NCBI RefSeq assembly: GCF_006345805.1 | Contig: NC_042998.1 | Span: 196,850,001 to 196,914,000 of the forward strand | Origin: Octopus sinensis | Taxonomy: Eukaryota | Direction: 5' to 3' | Length of the DNA: 64,000 bases | In this document: piece by piece, positions 63,021 through 64,000 of the stretch | Layout: every line of letters begins with the position of its first letter | How positions within the stretch are numbered: the stretch's first letter is position 1 | Translations under genes and position numbers: made by a program | Notes under the pieces: generated by a model | What the model was told of the DNA's origin: nothing | What the model saw: only the letters and a program-made list of their open reading frames with translations | Databases searched by the model: none

Positions 63021-64000
63021 ATGCTAAATAAGGCATCAAACCTCATTACAGTTTGAAACAATTCAAATCTACAGACCCCATCAGGAGCTTAATCGTGAGA
63101 GTTTGACTTTAAAGATGTAGTTATGTTGAAAAGAAATTAGGACTTATAATATATATGTGGTGTGTAGTGATAGATGTAATATATATTTGATAAAAGCTCT
63201 CGAGTAGACTATATTTTGCTGACGAGGTCCAGTAATATTGAAATATGTCTTAATTTCTTGAAATTACCTCCCCTTTTTCTTTTGAGAGCCTCTAACAATA
63301 AACCAGTCATTATTTTCTATCCCCAACTAAAAGGGCAATTTCAGCAAATTGAGAATCTTTTGCATTCACCATTCAGTACATTTGCTCTTAATTTATTTAT
63401 CAATACTTATCTTGTCTTCTACCAACTTGGTTAGACCTCAAGGCATAGTTACGTTAAAAGCATATGACTTCATCTGCTCTTCCAATGATTGAGGCAGTGG
63501 GGCAATAAACCATGGTGAATTGTGCACTGATTGGATCCCAACCAAACCGATCTTGTTATTCAGAGTGCTGCTGACATTTAGCCCCAGTTCTTCCCTGACC
63601 TGTAGACCTATGATCAAAGATATGGCAAGTGTGGCCATACATATGATTGAGAGAAATTCAGCTGTGTGGACCTTCCATCATTAATCGGAGGTACCTTCTA
63701 TTGTATGTTAAGAGAGAGAGTACTTAACCTATCATCATCATCTTCAACGTTTAACGCCCGTTTTCCGTGCTAGCACGGATTGGACGGTTCGACCAGAGTC
63801 TGTGAAGCCAGGAGGCTGCACCAGGCTCCAGTCTGATCTGGCAGTGTTTCTACAGCTGGATGCCCTTCCTAACACCAACCACTCCATGAGTGTAGTGGGT
63901 GCTTTTTACATGTCACTGGCACAGAAGCCAGTCAAGGCGAGGATCTTTTCGGTTTGAACGGTAGTTTTTTAAAATAATGTCCATGTAACTAAACACTTTT

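Noticed and set aside
63438-63638. 66-aa minus ORF as the next upstream ACAT1 exon
   Set aside because: No GGMESMS or other thiolase similarity; the upstream exons are presumably outside the window

Overview
AT-rich, microsatellite- and SINE-dense animal genomic DNA; the repeat landscape suggests an octopus or other coleoid cephalopod (inference). There are two convergent spliced genes. (1) An ANKRD6/Diversin/Diego-like gene on + has 11 coding exons recognised (9897-34692): ankyrin exons, mostly 99 nt and phase 0, plus a 2.56-kb terminal exon. Its start codon was not found. (2) The 3' part of a mitochondrial acetoacetyl-CoA thiolase (ACAT1-like) gene on - has 7 exons (62846 down to 49545) with intact NEAF, GHPIG and CNGGG motifs; its 5' exons lie beyond the window. 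A ~6.9-kb array of a 57-bp unit lies between the genes. Introns and flanks hold at least five SINE families, CR1/RTE/R4-like LINE ends, Penelope-like remnants, Helitrons, a defective mariner, and hAT, piggyBac and Tc1-type MITEs. Most notable: a 317-bp hammerhead-ribozyme element with a 15-bp TSD (retrozyme-like); a satellite whose recurrent substitutions are almost all silent in a His-rich reading frame; a twin-primed SINE; a hAT element carrying a 126-bp-arm palindrome; and a C-terminal -SDV PDZ ligand on the ANKRD6 homologue. No database searches were run, so family names come from motif recognition.
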